DNA of 64,000 nt, from NCBI GenBank assembly GCA_002104905.1, contig MCFE01000497.1, positions 1 through 64,000 of the forward strand, written 5' to 3'. Positions 1 to 13,400 of the stretch are shown here, piece by piece. Numbering within the stretch: position 1 is the first letter of the stretch; every line of letters begins with the position of its first letter. The position numbers and the translations under genes were made by a program. The notes under the pieces were generated by a model, which made no database searches, was not told where the DNA came from, and saw only the letters and a list, made by a program, of their open reading frames with translations. Source of the stretch: Basidiobolus meristosporus CBS 931.73 (Eukaryota > Fungi > Basidiobolomycota).

Positions 1-2457
1 AACCGGCTCTCGATCCTGGCCAACTCTTCCTTAGCTGCTTGATCTCCTTGGCGACGGCATAGTCTGATTTCGTGAAATGCGGTTAGTGAGACCTCGACAT
101 ATCCTCCGGGATGTACCGGTCGCTTACCCCGAAGACTCCTAACTGTGAGCAGGATGTTGAGGGAGCCGTCCTCTGAGGTGGTGTCGATCAGGCCGCTGGG
201 GCAGTCTTCGAAGAAACAGGAAACAGGTTAGTCGCGTTGATGAGGCCATGGCAGAGTCAGAATTCGACCGAACCTAGCTTCTCCAGTTCGTAATCCCACA
301 GGGATTTGAAGTTTTCGTTGTGGGTGGCAAAGTGTCTCTTCACCGTCCTCATCCTCCAAACTAGATAAATTCTTGTGTCAGCTGGGTCGCTCGAAAGGTG
401 GCGCTCATGCGGTGTGGTACTTACCATCCTGCATCTGCGTCGACAAATAACTCAAGAAAGTCTCGGCTCCCTGTAGGAGAGAAGGTTGAATGGACGAGCT
501 CGCGAACGAAGGAGGTTCCTGTCGGGTACTTACCATGTATGAGGGGCAGCCTAGAATGTCCTTCAGCTTGAGGATGAAGGGGTCTTGATTGATTCGGTGG
601 ATGGTGAGGTTCATGGATCTCCTAAGATATGTCGAGTGTTATTCACGGCGGTGCTATGATACTGCAACCCGAATGTAGCCGACTTACCCATCCGTAGATG
701 TTCCTTCAGTAGACAGGCTGACGTTGCCGTAGGTAGCGCAGTCGTTGATACTGAAGTTCTTTAATCTGCTAACCGTTCCATTAAATCTCTCTTTCATCGG
801 CTCGATCTGCTCCTGAGAGAATCCTGAAAACTAGTCTCTCCGGGTTAGCAACCATCCGCACGTCAGCTCGGCTGCTGATGGACCTACCTGCTGCAGCTGC
901 TCCACCGTGTTCACCCGATAACGCAGATTGTTTCTCGCCAGCGTTTGCAGAACCAGGCATTTCAAGTCCTAGATGGGCCTTGGTTAGTACCGCAGGTGAC
1001 CTGGATCGCTCGAGAGCCACTTACAATCTCTCTGCCCACGGCTTGGATTTCTCTACGCTGCTCCTCCAGGTCGGAAGATCCTTCCAAAAACCGGCCTTCG
1101 TCGTCGCGGGCCGTCTGAAGGGCGTCCTGGATAGCGTTCTGGGCAACGATGGCCGACTGATACTCCGCCTTGGCCTTGACCAAGTCGCTTACCAGGCTGC
1201 CGATATCCTCGGTGAAGGTGTTGGCGATGTCGGCGTCGAGCTCGGTGAATTTCTGGCCGATGGAGCGCTTCTGATCCTCGATGGCGTTCAGCATCTCCTC
1301 GATCTCCACGAACCTGGCCATCTGCTCGGAATGGCACCTCTCCAGCATGCTATCCAGGTTGGGGATGTCGGTGTTCTCCAGCTCCGTGACCCATGCCGGG
1401 CCCAGCTGCTTCAGCTCGGTGTAGCTCTCCTTGATGGCCCCCATGATGTACCGCAGGAACTCCACTGGCGGGGTGCCGTCTACCAGCGTTTCAAGACGCT
1501 GGTTCACCTCCTCCAGGTTAGAGCTTTCCCCTTTACGGATGATCTCCCTGGTCATCTCGGACATGCCCACACATATCTCCCGAATCCCGTCCAGGTGGTT
1601 CTTCGGCTCCAGGTGCTTCTCCCGATCCACGATCTGTTGGATCATGTTCAGGTAGTTCTCGCTTATCTTCTGGAACCTCTTCAGATGGGTGATGTAGTGT
1701 TCCTTCAGACTGAGCTGGATCCGTTTCTGCTTCATTCGGAACTGGGCCTGTCGGATCTTGGCCTCTGAAGAATCGTAGGGTTGGTAAGTCCATGGGGGGG
1801 CCAGGTGGGGCAGTAAACAAGTGCCTTGAGCTAAAGGTGCCACCTACCTATATCTTTGAGACGAGTAATGCTCTTCCGACAACGCTCCCGTTTCTCCTGA
1901 TTGCGACCTTTCAACGTTTCCTCCTCCCCAAGCCTGGAGGCGAGGAGCTGTTTGAGGGCAAGCGACTTGGAAGAGCCGCTATGCTCCTGAAGTCCGTGCT
2001 CGACACCCTGGTGACTAAAAAACCGTTACCACGGAGGGCCCAAAAACCGTTTCCACTTTGGCCCAACTAGTTACCTTGCGAGGACGTTGCGAACATGCTG
2101 GACTTTTCTGAAGCGAACGGGGGAGTTGAGAACCGGAGGTGTGGGGAGCTTACAAACAAGAGGGGGACGTACCTTCTTGAGGAGACGTGGTTCAGCAGGT
2201 GCTGAAATATGGGGATCCATTGGTTCCTGCAGAGCCTATCGGTGCATACTTGTGGGTTAGCCTCTGTTGCTGATTGACCCCCAAAGGAGGGGAGACTGGT
2301 GGCCATCCCCCGCCAATACTTACGGTTGCAGTTCTGCCTCCCCAAATTCGGTCTTCTCCGAGGTGGAGCTCAAATTCACCACTCGCTTGTATCCTAGTTC
2401 GTTCTGCGCCCAGCGCCACAACTGTTGGGCAAGCTCTTCGGGATGTGTGGTCTCCAT
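1..2457 (-). CDS. HAUS5: HAUS augmin-like complex subunit 5-like coiled-coil protein; multi-exon host gene, 3' end outside window
   Basis: Hand-assembled in-frame exons: 2457-2324, 2235-2173, 2107-2075, 2014-1848, 1764-1025, 968-888, 830-688, 621-534, 470-425, 360-274, 205-128, 63-1. All introns are GT-AG, 56-88 nt, several with CTAAC/TACTAAC branch sites. The N-terminus METTHPEELAQQLWRWAQNELGY...ELQPLCRNQWIPIFQHLLNHVSSRRKVQHVRNVL resembles the HAUS5 N-terminus as I recall it (ELxxWAxxEMG...LRRLCxGxxxxIWxYILQHVHSQRTVKKIRGNL) and is followed by long coiled coils. Gene structure is well supported; the family call is from memory. Confidence 0.72.
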
Positions 2458-3229
2458 TGCGTTTCTAACTGACTACTCTGGTGCTCGTGGACCTACGACA
2501 GTTGGGTATGATGATAGATCGGATGGTGTTGGATCTGGCCAATCCATCAGATGGAAAAACAAAACAATCCCCCATCGATCCTCGCCAATGAATTCGCTCC
2601 CATAACAAATCTGATCCATTTCAATGGTCCGCTCGCCTTTGCCCTCGCACTTCGGTAAGTGGGTGGCTCATGCCTAGTGACCACCCCCCGTCTCGTTTCT
2701 CTTGGGCACTCTACGTAATCACCATATGCAATGAATCTTTATCTCGGGGAAGGTCGTGGGTAGATTTCCAAAGGATCCCCGAGTACAGGTTATGCTCTCG
2801 GGAAATGTCAAGTATGTGTGCGTTGGTGTACCTAATAGACTCATTCAGGCAATTGTCATGCATGTGTATAGTGTGAATCTCTAAGCTATCAGAAAGGACT
2901 CCTAGCTCTCCTTTATTGATTTGTTGAGTAGACATGTTGACTTCAATGATTTGCCACTTTAGGTCACTCCTAGTTATATGAACCCTTTCATTGCACCAAC
3001 CATGTGATCTTTTCAGCTGGCTTGCCTGCCAAAGCAAGTAGATCAGGCAGTCAAGCCTACCATACCTTATGGTTCCCCCTTCATTGTGTATGCAACTTAC
3101 AAAGCACCTTGCAGAAGTCTACCATAATTGTCCATTAGTGCTATATTTTGATTCTTTATCCTGATAGCCTTTCTGACCACCAAACCATGGAAAATACATC
3201 CCAAATAGTAGAAGGGCAAGTGTTTGTTG

Positions 3230-4970
3230 CAAGTATGGAATGTTGCAATATTCTGAGGAGTATTGGAAGTGATGTGGAGAACTAGAGGATTTACATGTTA
3301 TTCACTTGTAGATTTATTGATCAAAAGTATGGTATTTATACTTTTGATAAAGTAGAGGAAACAAACGTGTAGAGTTTGCTAAGGAAGGTCCCAAGAATAT
3401 GTGTGCAAAGTTTGGGGTCTTTTGGACGACTTTGAGAAAAATAATAATCTGGGTACCTGACAATTTGGTGAAAATATTCTAAGTAAATCCCGACAAGAAA
3501 TCTAGTCAGGACAGAATGCTAATCACAGAATAAGATCTATGTGACTAAGTTAGCATGAATATTTAGGTGACAATTCAATAATTACAACATGGAAGGCATG
3601 CTTTTCAGTGAGCCAGCCTTAAGATCTATGCTCATGGTGTTATTGGCAGATTCCAGCAATGCTTTTGATGTATTGCCTATCTGTATGAGAATTAGGATTT
3701 GGTACTGCTGCTGTAACTTATAAGAGTTCTGAAGATATTGGAACTGATTGGAAGAATATTTTGATTATGTAGTTTTCACTGATTGATTTACTAAATTAAA
3801 AGTGGAGCTTATACTATGCATGGTCTTAGCAAAAAAAAAGCGCAAAGAAAATGCCTATGAAGGTCCCAGGAAAATGTGCGCAAATGCTTTGGATAACTTT
3901 GCGATTTTTCATGTTGTGGGTGTTGTGTCTTGGAGGTATTGCAAGTGATTGGGAGGGCAAGTAGATTATGTGGTTTTTACTTAATGATTTAATGAATGCA
4001 AAAGTAGTATTTGTACCTTTACATGGTCTTGGCATAACAAACACATAGAATAGGTTTAGGAAGGTCCCAAGAGCATGGGGGCAAATATTAGGGCACTTTG
4101 GACAACCCATCAAATTTTCATGTTCTGCACCTGATGTTTTGGTGAAAATATTCTAAGTAAATCCAAGAAAGGAACTTGGTCAGTATTCTCTAAGATTTTT
4201 AGGTGATGATCTAAGTGACTAAGTTAGGTAAATACTTAGATGGAATTACAAATTTTTACAACAGTGGGTACCTGATATTTTGGAAAAAATATGTCAGGCA
4301 AGTCCCAACAAAGAATTTGACCAGAGTTCTCTAACTCTTGCAGACGAATCTTGAAATATTGTAGCAGGGTATATTTGGTTAAATCCCAAATCTTTAAAGA
4401 GCTTTCTTAGCCACACTGCTTCCTATGCAGCCTTGCAGGCTACCATATACTCTGCTACTGCAGTTCAAAGTTCTACAGTTGGTTGTTGTCTTGAATATTT
4501 TGAGATTGCTCCTTTACAGTCCCAATGAGAGTTATGTTGTAATAACTTGTATTGCACCTAAACATTTGACTAGCTTATTCACCTAGATCACTATCTACAA
4601 TTCTTAGAGAACTTTGATCAAATTTCTTGTAAGGCTTTACTTAGAATAATATCAATAACCATAAGGTGCTAGAACATGCAATTGTGATAGGTTGTCCTAA
4701 CACCCCCAAACTTGGCACACATGATCATGGAATCTCCTAAAGATACTCTGCATGCTTGTTTTGCCATGACCATATCAAATTACAAAGACTACTTTCCCAT
4801 ACAATAGAATCATTAATTGAAAACCACACATTCCACTTGTTCTCCCAATCACTTCCAATATCTCCAAAACCCTGACATCAGGTTATGAGCTCTGACCTGT
4901 CACTCCCTAAAATGTTGCTACTGCTTTTAATGGAGCTTTTCTCTCTGTGAAAAAGTTGGATGGATCTTAC
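3230..4970. mobile_element. Cluster of decayed Ty1/Copia LTRs and short internal remnants
   Basis: Repeated degenerate matches to the 349-bp Copia LTR (for example 3930-4262 ending ttttacaaca, and 4536-4880 followed by PBS-like ggttatgagc and a gag start). Confidence 0.75.
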
Positions 4971-7900
4971 AGTTGTAAAAGTTTGTAATTCAACCTAAAT
5001 ATTGACCTAACTTAGTCACTTAAATCATTGCCTTCAAATCCTAGAGAATACTGACCAAATTCCTTGTTGGGATTTACTTAGAATATTTACCCAGAACATG
5101 AAAATTCTCAAAGTTGTCCAAACAGCCCCAAACTCTGCACACCTGCTCTTGGGGCCTTTCTTAACCTATTCTACATGCTTGTTATGCCAAGATCATGTAA
5201 AAGTATAAATACCACTTTCACATTCAATAAATCATTAAGTGAAAGCCACATAATCAACTTGTCCTCCCAATTACTTCCAATATCTCCAAGACTCTTACAA
5301 CAGGTTATGAGCCCCAAGCTGTCACTCTCTGCAATGTCTACTACTGCTATTACTGGAACTTTTCTCACCACTGAAAAGTTGGATGGATCTAACTACCAAA
5401 TGTGGAAGGTGAAGATGAAGATGCTGCCACAAGAAAGAGGCCTTTGGGATATTGTCATGGGAGAAGAATGCCCTTTTAAATGCATGGGAGAGGAAGCCTT
5501 AAAGTACCAGATAAAAGAACAAAGGGCCTTTAACTGCATTTGCCTTAATGTTAAAGATAAATTTCTAATTCAATGCTCAAGAGCAAAAACAGCAAAAAAT
5601 GCCTGAAAAGCATTAGAAGACACCTACCAGTCATGTTCAGCTGCTAAGAAAATGTATCTGAGACAAAAATTCTTTATTACAAAGATGTAGCCAGGAGAAG
5701 AAATGAAAAATCTAATTATCAGAATTACACTGCTGGTAGATGAGATGGAATCTGTGGGCATACTAGCTACTGATGAGGATGTGATAGTTACCAGCCTGAA
5801 TAGCCTGACAGTCAAGTCTCAGGGCCTTGTATCAGCCCTAGAGTCCAGAACTGAAGATTTGACCTTAAATTACATATATGGAAGGTTCCTGGATGAAGAA
5901 TTAAGAGAATCAAGCACCAATAAGAAGAAGTAGAAGAAGAAAATGCTTTAATAAGCAGTGATAACTAACAAGGGAGGTACCCAAGACCCTACAAAGGCAA
6001 CAGCAACCTGTTTTGCAACTACTGCAAAAGGAAAGGACACACATCAGACAGGTGTCTCAAAAAGAGAGATAATCAGCAAAAGAAGCCTGAATATAGGTTT
6101 GCTACAACAACTGAAGATAGACTATTCATATCTGCACTAAAAATGACCACAAACAAGGATTCTCAGACATGGTATATTGACTCTGGAGCATCACAACACT
6201 TTAGACACCAAAACACAGTTTTACCCAATATCAAGAAACTCCAATTAAGAAGGTTTTCATGGGTGACAATAGATCACTTGATCCAGTGGGAGAAGGAACT
6301 CTCCAAGTAAACCTCAAAAGCAGTGAAGGAAGCCATACACTGACCTTTAAAGAAGTACTCTATGTATCTGAAATAGCCAAGAACCTACTATATGTAAGCA
6401 GGGTCACAGCATAGGGACTCAGTTTTGGCTTTGATAATTGTGGATGCAGGATCACTGATCAAAATGGTGCCCATATTGCTTTGGGTATCAGAGATGAAAA
6501 TCTATGCAAGTTGATTTATATTCCATCATATCTGGAAGCCAATATAAGTAACTTAAATGAAGAAGCACCAATGCTTTGGCACCAAAGATTTGGACGCATC
6601 AATTTGATTATTTGTGCAAAATGAGCAAAGATCAGCTAATTTCCGGAGTAAAAATTGATCCCCCAGCTAATTTGGAGCACTGTGAGCCCTGCATATATGG
6701 GAAATAAGCCAGACAACCATTCAAGAGCTCTGGGTTAATTGAAGATAAGAAAAAATTAGATCCAATTCACTCAAATCTTTGTGGACCTATGCAAAATATA
6801 TCCTTAGGTGGGATGAAGTATTTATTCACTTTTATTGATGATTATACTAGATACACATGGGTCAACTTTATGGAGAGAAAGGAAGAAGCTCTGTCTTAGT
6901 TCAGGGAGTTTAAAGTCATGGTGGAGAGAGAAACTGGAGAAAAAATCTAGTAAATACAGTTGGAAAATGGTGGAGAATATACCACAAAACTCTTCATCCA
7001 CTTCTGCAAAATTCATGGGATAAAGCAAGACACTACTGTACCATACTCTCCACAGCAAAATGGAGTAGCAGAACATGCATACAGATCAATAATTGATATG
7101 GCAAGATCTATGTGTTGTAGGAGTCTTGGAGATATTGGAAGTGATTGGGAAAGCAAGTAGATTGTGTGGTTTTCACTTAATGATTGAATGAATGTAAAAG
7201 TAGTATTTATACTCTTACATGATCTTGGCATAACAAATATGTAGAGTAGGCTAAGGAAGGTCCCAAGAACAAGTGTGCAAATTTTGGGGCTGTTTTGACA
7301 ACTTTGAGAATTTTCATGCTCTGGGTACCTGTTATTTTGGTGAATATACTTGAAGTAAATCCCAACAAGGAATTTGGTCAGTATTCTCTGAGATTTGTAG
7401 GTAGTGATGTAAGTGACTAAGTTAGGTGAGTATTTAGATGGAATTCCAAGTTCTTTTACAACACTATGATCCATGATCAAAAGTTATCCTATGATTTTGG
7501 GCAGAATCAGTTGCCACAGCTGTATACCTTTAAATAGGAGTTATAACAGAATACTTTGTGATTCTACTCTATTTGAAGCATGTTGTGGATACAGACCAAG
7601 TGCAGAACATCTAATAATATTTGGGTGTACAGCATATGCTAAGAAACTGCCTGGAAATCAGGTAAAATGTGAGCCAAAAAGTGTAAAATGCATCTTTTTA
7701 GACTACTGCAATGAGAGTAAAGCATACAGACTCTACAATAATGAAGCAAAGAAGCTAATCAAGTCCAGAGATGTGTTATTTGATGAAAGTTCTAAATTTT
7801 CACAAAAAATGACATCAGATGATGACAAAAATTTGATCCCAAGTCCACCAACAGTCAGGATTGAATCAGAGCAAAACAATGAGAGCTTTTTCACTCCAGA

Positions 7901-8215
7901 GGCCTCTAAAACCATGGTTCATCCAGAATCAGTGCCCAGGAATATCCCAGATGTGATCATTCTAATGCCAGATGCCAGGAGATCCAACCAGACAAGAAAT
8001 AGCTCCAATTACTATATCAATGAGGGTGCAAACTTAGCCTTTGCCTATTCAGTCCATATTAATGAACCCCAGACTGTAAAAGAGGCCCTAAGTAGTATTT
8101 GGATAAGGTTTTGGAGGTCTGCAATGACTAAGGAATATCAGGCCCTGATGGAAAATCAAACTTGGGACTTAGTCAAATTACCAATCAACCAAAAATCAAT
8201 TGGATACAGATGGGT
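4971..8215 (+). mobile_element. Decayed, 3'-truncated Ty1/Copia element (5' LTR 4971-5302, PBS 5303-5314, gag-PR-IN pseudogene, start of RT)
   Basis: LTR ends CTCTTACAACA, then GGTTATGAGCCC. Broken frames match gag (KLDGSNYQMWKVKMKM), protease (WYIDSGAS), integrase (ENGGEY, PQQNGVAE) and RT start (ENQTWDLVKLP). Cut at ~8215 by a CMC transposon end. Confidence 0.9.
7113..7463 (-). mobile_element. Copia solo LTR nested in the integrase of the Copia at 4971-8215
   Basis: TGTTG...CAACA ends with a perfect 5-bp TSD ctatg at 7108-7112 and 7464-7468. Confidence 0.9.
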
Positions 8216-10464
8216 CCTGTATGAAAGATAATTTGGCCCTGCATGTGGATCCAATTCAGATCAACCATCAGGATCCCATTTAGAGACCATCTTAGTACTA
8301 GCAGCTTGGAATTAGTGACCCTCTTAACAATCTTATGATGGGATTACAATGGTGTTTTGCTAATTCTACCACCAAATAAAGGGATAAACTTGACAATATT
8401 TTATTGGTGCTGTGACAATAATTGCATGGTATTGTTGTAGTCTTTTGGCACTCTACAACTATTTCAAGTGGATCCAACTGGCCAGGACATCCAATTGCCA
8501 TATATGATAAGAAACCTGATGGTATTTTGATGGCCTCACTGCAAGATGCTTATGGCATTATATTGGCAGTATGATGGCCTACAGCTGGCTCTTTATAATG
8601 CTACTATACCAATTTACCACATGGTATTTCCTTTTTCTACCTCCCATTGTGCAATTCATATATTCCACTGTAGAATCACCCCTCTCTATTTGCTTACCCA
8701 CTACTACCTTGGGTACTCCACATATAGTTTGAATCAAAAAGAAAACCATGGCCTCCTGCTTACTAACCTCTACAAATGCGCACACCTGCCACAATTGACA
8801 TACTTCTATCAACTCAACTTTATGGCTTTTAAGTGTGATACTTGCAAAGTTGCCATATACCTTGTACTGCTGGTAACATATACATCTTGCAAACATATGC
8901 TTGGTTGTAGCCACATCTGCCATGAATACCTCCTGAATATCCGCAAAGAACATCTTGGTATTTCACCAATATATTCCTTCTCCATGCTGGATTCTAGTCC
9001 CCCTTAAAGGTGCACTCTGGCTTTTGTTTGTGCAAATTCTGTATTAAATGGTGTAGAAGTTGGCTTGTGACCAAGAGAAATCTGGCATACCTTGATAGAG
9101 TTTTCTTAATAAAAATTAGCTGCTTGTTGCACCCAACCCAACTTTGCATTACATAACTTATTACCCACACATTGGGGCTGCTTAGCTTCTCAATGCCATT
9201 GGCATAGGTGTCTCCATGTGCACATTTGTCCTCAGTATTTTCCAACTCTTCCTGGCTGTCCTTCTTGTGCCAACTCATCAAGTCCATGACAGACTTGAAA
9301 GTAATATTCTGGATGAGATTGGGATATGGTAATAACCGCAACTTGACTTGTCTTCCTATCTCCCCACACATCTGCTCCATAGGAAACTCCCAAAAGGTGA
9401 AGTAAGGCCCAATATTCTCAACACACCAAGCAAGATGGAGTAGCAAATGGATACAGTAGTGGCAGATATCTATATGTTCAGCTTTATGTTTGTAGTATAG
9501 CCACTCAAATCCTGTCACAAACTCTTTGCGCAACAGCTGTAGATGTGTCAAGTTGGCATTGGTGATCTGCTTCTGGATAAATATTCCTATAGTGTCCACA
9601 TATGATTCCCAATGCTTCTAGTGTACACTTGGTAGGAATGTGTTCAGAACACTACTTGTATGAATACATATCCAGTTCATCCAGTCTTTGCATTTGCATT
9701 GTTGCATATGCATATGAATATAAACTGGAGCCTGTGAGAAGTACTTGGGGTAGTGGATACTCTGTGATATCTTGTCAATTCTTTCAAATTTCTCCGGTAT
9801 CACAAAGGGCTTTTTAGCTTGAAATGCCCCATGTACAACTTGGTAAATAGTACAGGGATATAGTTGCAAAAGCAAATGCATTGCTCCCAGTGGAAAGCTT
9901 TTGTTCCAACTGATACCCTCTATCTTAAGTATCTCTGGTTTCCAATTGACTCCATATTCTAGCCAATGGCTTATAGCTTGCAAACTTTGCTGCAATTGCA
10001 TGCTGACTTCTGTATGTTCTCTCTGTGGAAAGATGATGTTCTTAGTGCTGGTGTTTGGGTAATTATAATGTGTGTGAGCTGTGGAGTAAGTCCCCTGGAT
10101 CTCACACATTTGACAGCAATACCATCCCTTATGCTTGGAAGAACCTGCTATCTTGCTGATGGTTGGGGTATCTCCAATGCAGATAATAATAGGCACTTTT
10201 ACATGACAGTCACTTACTGTTATCCCACTGGAAAGCATACAAAATTTATCCAGCAATGGATACAGGTAGCTATCCAGGTTGGATGGTGATTTAGGCCCAA
10301 ATACCAGTGAGACTACCATCAAATTATTGCTCTGATACAGTAAGATGAGTGGCAGATTCAGATTGATGAGAATCAGTGGCTGGCAGGATTTGCTGTTAGA
10401 GTACTTGTTTAACAAGAATCCATCAAGTGCTAAAGCAAAGGCATGGTCATACATACCTTCAAGG

Positions 10465-13400
10465 TGTTGTAAGAGTCTTGGAGATATTGGAAGTGATTTG
10501 GAGAACAAGTAGATTATGTGGTTTTCACTTAATGATTTATTGAATGTAAAAGTAGTATTTATACTTTTACCTGGTCTTGGAATTACAAACACATAGAATA
10601 GGCTAAGGAAGGTCCCAAGAACATGTGTGCAAAGTTTGGGGCTGTTTGGACAACTTTGAGAATTTTCATATTCTGGGTACCTGGCATTTTGGTGAAAATA
10701 TTCTAAGTAAATCCCGACAAGGAATTTAGTCAGTATTCTCTAGGATTTGAAGGTGATGATCTAAGTGACTAAGTTAGGTGAATATTTAGGTGGAAATACA
10801 AATTTTTACAACACTCCCACTCAGCTAAATGTTCATACTGACTAGTCCTAATTTTGACCTAAGATATTCAAACTTGTCTCTAGCTAATGGTTTGGTAAAT
10901 ATGTCTGCAATCATTTCATCTGTAGGACAGTAAACTAAGCTAACTAAGTTATTCTCTATAGCTTCACGTATGAAATGATGTCTAATATCTATGTGCTTGG
11001 TTCTAGCATGAAAAGTTGGATTTCTACCTAATTGCATACATCCTTGATTATCTTGAAATAAAGTAATAGGCGTTTTTTGACATAGGCCTAAATCTGTTAA
11101 GAGTTTTCTTAACCACATTGCTTCTTTTGTAGCTTCACAGACTGCCATATACTCTGCCTCTGTAGTAGAAAGTGCTACGGTTGGTTGCTTTCTTGAATTC
11201 CATGAAATTGCTCCTTTACAGTAAAGAAAGGTATATCCTGTGGTGGAACTTCTGTCTTCCAAATTTTGTCCCCAATCAGCATCAGAGTATCCCGCAAGAT
11301 CCTGTTCTGAGTCCTTATAAGTGTATCTTAAGCAGATATCAGCAGTTCCTTTTAGGTATCTAAAAATCCGCTTAACTGCTGCAATATGATCAGATCCATA
11401 GTTCTGATTATGTTGGCTGACAACTCCCACTGAATATGAGATATCTGGACGTGTTCCAAGCATGATATACATCAGACTGCCGACCATAAATTGATAAGGA
11501 AAGTCAGGGCTTTCAGATGGCACCAAGCTCTCTCGATTTGGTTGAGTTTTGACCAAGTTAAGGTTTGTCTCCATTGGGGTAGCTGCCGGTTTACAGTCTT
11601 CCATTTTGTACTTCTTTAGTATATCTTGAATATACTTGGATTGGCTTAGGGTGATGGTCTGGGTACTTCTGTCTATGGAGAACTTAATCCCTAAGTAGTA
11701 ACTAAGTTCTCCTAGATTGGACATCTTCAACTCCTTAGATAGGTCAGATTCAGTCTCTTCCAATGTTTCTAGGTTATTGGCGGCTATAATAAGATCATCC
11801 ACATATAGAGCTAATAGAACTGGATTTGCTCTATCTGGCTTATAGTATATACTATAGTCAGCATTACTTCTTTTGAAACTCAAAGATTCCAAATAAGAAT
11901 CTATCTTGCAATTCCAGGCTCTTGGTGATTGTTTGAGACCATATAGTGACTTTTTAAGCTTGCAGACCAAATGGGGGTTATCTTGGTCAACAAGCCCATC
12001 AGGCTGGTCCATATACACATCCTCATCAAGTTCTCCATTCAAAAATGCAGTTTTTACATCCATTTGATGAATAAAAAACTTATATTTGGCTGTAATAGCC
12101 AATATTAATCTGATGGAATTAAACTTGGCTACCGGGGCAAAGGTCTCAGTATAGTCAAGTCCTTTTGTTTGAGAGTATCCTTTGGCTACAAGTCTTGCTT
12201 TGTATCTTTCAATTGTACCATCAGCCTTGTATTTTGTCTTGAAGACCCATCTGCATCCAATTGATTTTTGGTTGATTGGTAATTTGACTAAGTCCCAAGT
12301 TTGATTTTCCATCAGGGCCTGATATTCCTCAGTCATTGCAGATCTCCAAAACTTTGTCTGAGGGCTATTTAGGGCCTCTTTTACAGTCTGGGGTTCATCA
12401 ATATGGACTGAGTAGGCATAGGCTAAGTTTGTACCCTCATTGATATAGTAATTTGGGCTATTTCTTGTCTGATTTGATCTCCGGGCATTTGATACTGGAA
12501 CAATCACTTCTGGGATATTACTGGGCACTGATTCTGGCTGAACCACGGTTGTAGAGTCCTCTGGAGTGAAAAAATTTTCATTGTTTTGCTCTGATTCAAT
12601 CCTGACCATTGGTGGACTTGAGATCAAATTTCCGTCATCATCTGATGTCATTTTTTGTGAAAATTTTGAATTTTCATCAAACAACACATCCCTGGACTTG
12701 ATAAGCTTCTTTGCTTTGGTATTGTAGAGTCTGTATGCCTTACTCTCATTGCAGTAGCCCAAAAATATGCATTTTACACTTATTGGCTCAAATTTTGACT
12801 GATTTCCGGCCAGTTTTTTGGCATATGCTGTACACCCAAATATTCTTAGATGTTCTGCACTTGGTCTGTATCCATACCATGCTTCAAATGGAGTATAATC
12901 ACGAAGTATTCTGTTATAACTCCTATTTTTAAGATATACAGTAGTGGCAACTGATTCCGCCCAAAAATCATAGGATAATTTTGGATCATGGATCATAGAT
13001 CTTGCCATATCAATTATTGATCTGTTAGCTTGTTCTGCTACTCCATTTTGCTATGGGGAGTATGGTACAGTAGTCTCTTGCTTTATCCCATGAATTTTGC
13101 AGAAGTGGATGGAGAGTTTTGAGGTATATTCTCCACCATTGTCAGAGCGTATTTTCTTGATTTTTCCACCAGTTTCTCTCTCCACCATGGCTTTAAACTC
13201 CCTGAGCTTAGACAGAGCTTCTTCCTTTCTCTCCATGAAGTAGACCCATGTGTATCTTGTATAATCATCAATAAAAGTGATTAAACACTTCATCCCGCCT
13301 AAGGATAAATTTTGCATAGGTCCACACAGATCTGAGTGAATTAGATCTAATTTTTTCTTAGTTTTGATTAACCCAGAGCTCTTGAACGGTTGTCTGGCTT

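Noticed and set aside
878-1768. 296-aa plus-strand ORF and other overlapping ORFs at 400-2600
   Set aside because: Antisense or off-frame shadows of the GC-rich HAUS5-like exons; splice signals and a continuous frame support the minus strand only.
2634-2670. Possible divergent plus-strand gene starting ATGGTCCGC...TTCG|GTAAGT
   Set aside because: A good donor site but no convincing downstream acceptor and exon could be assembled.
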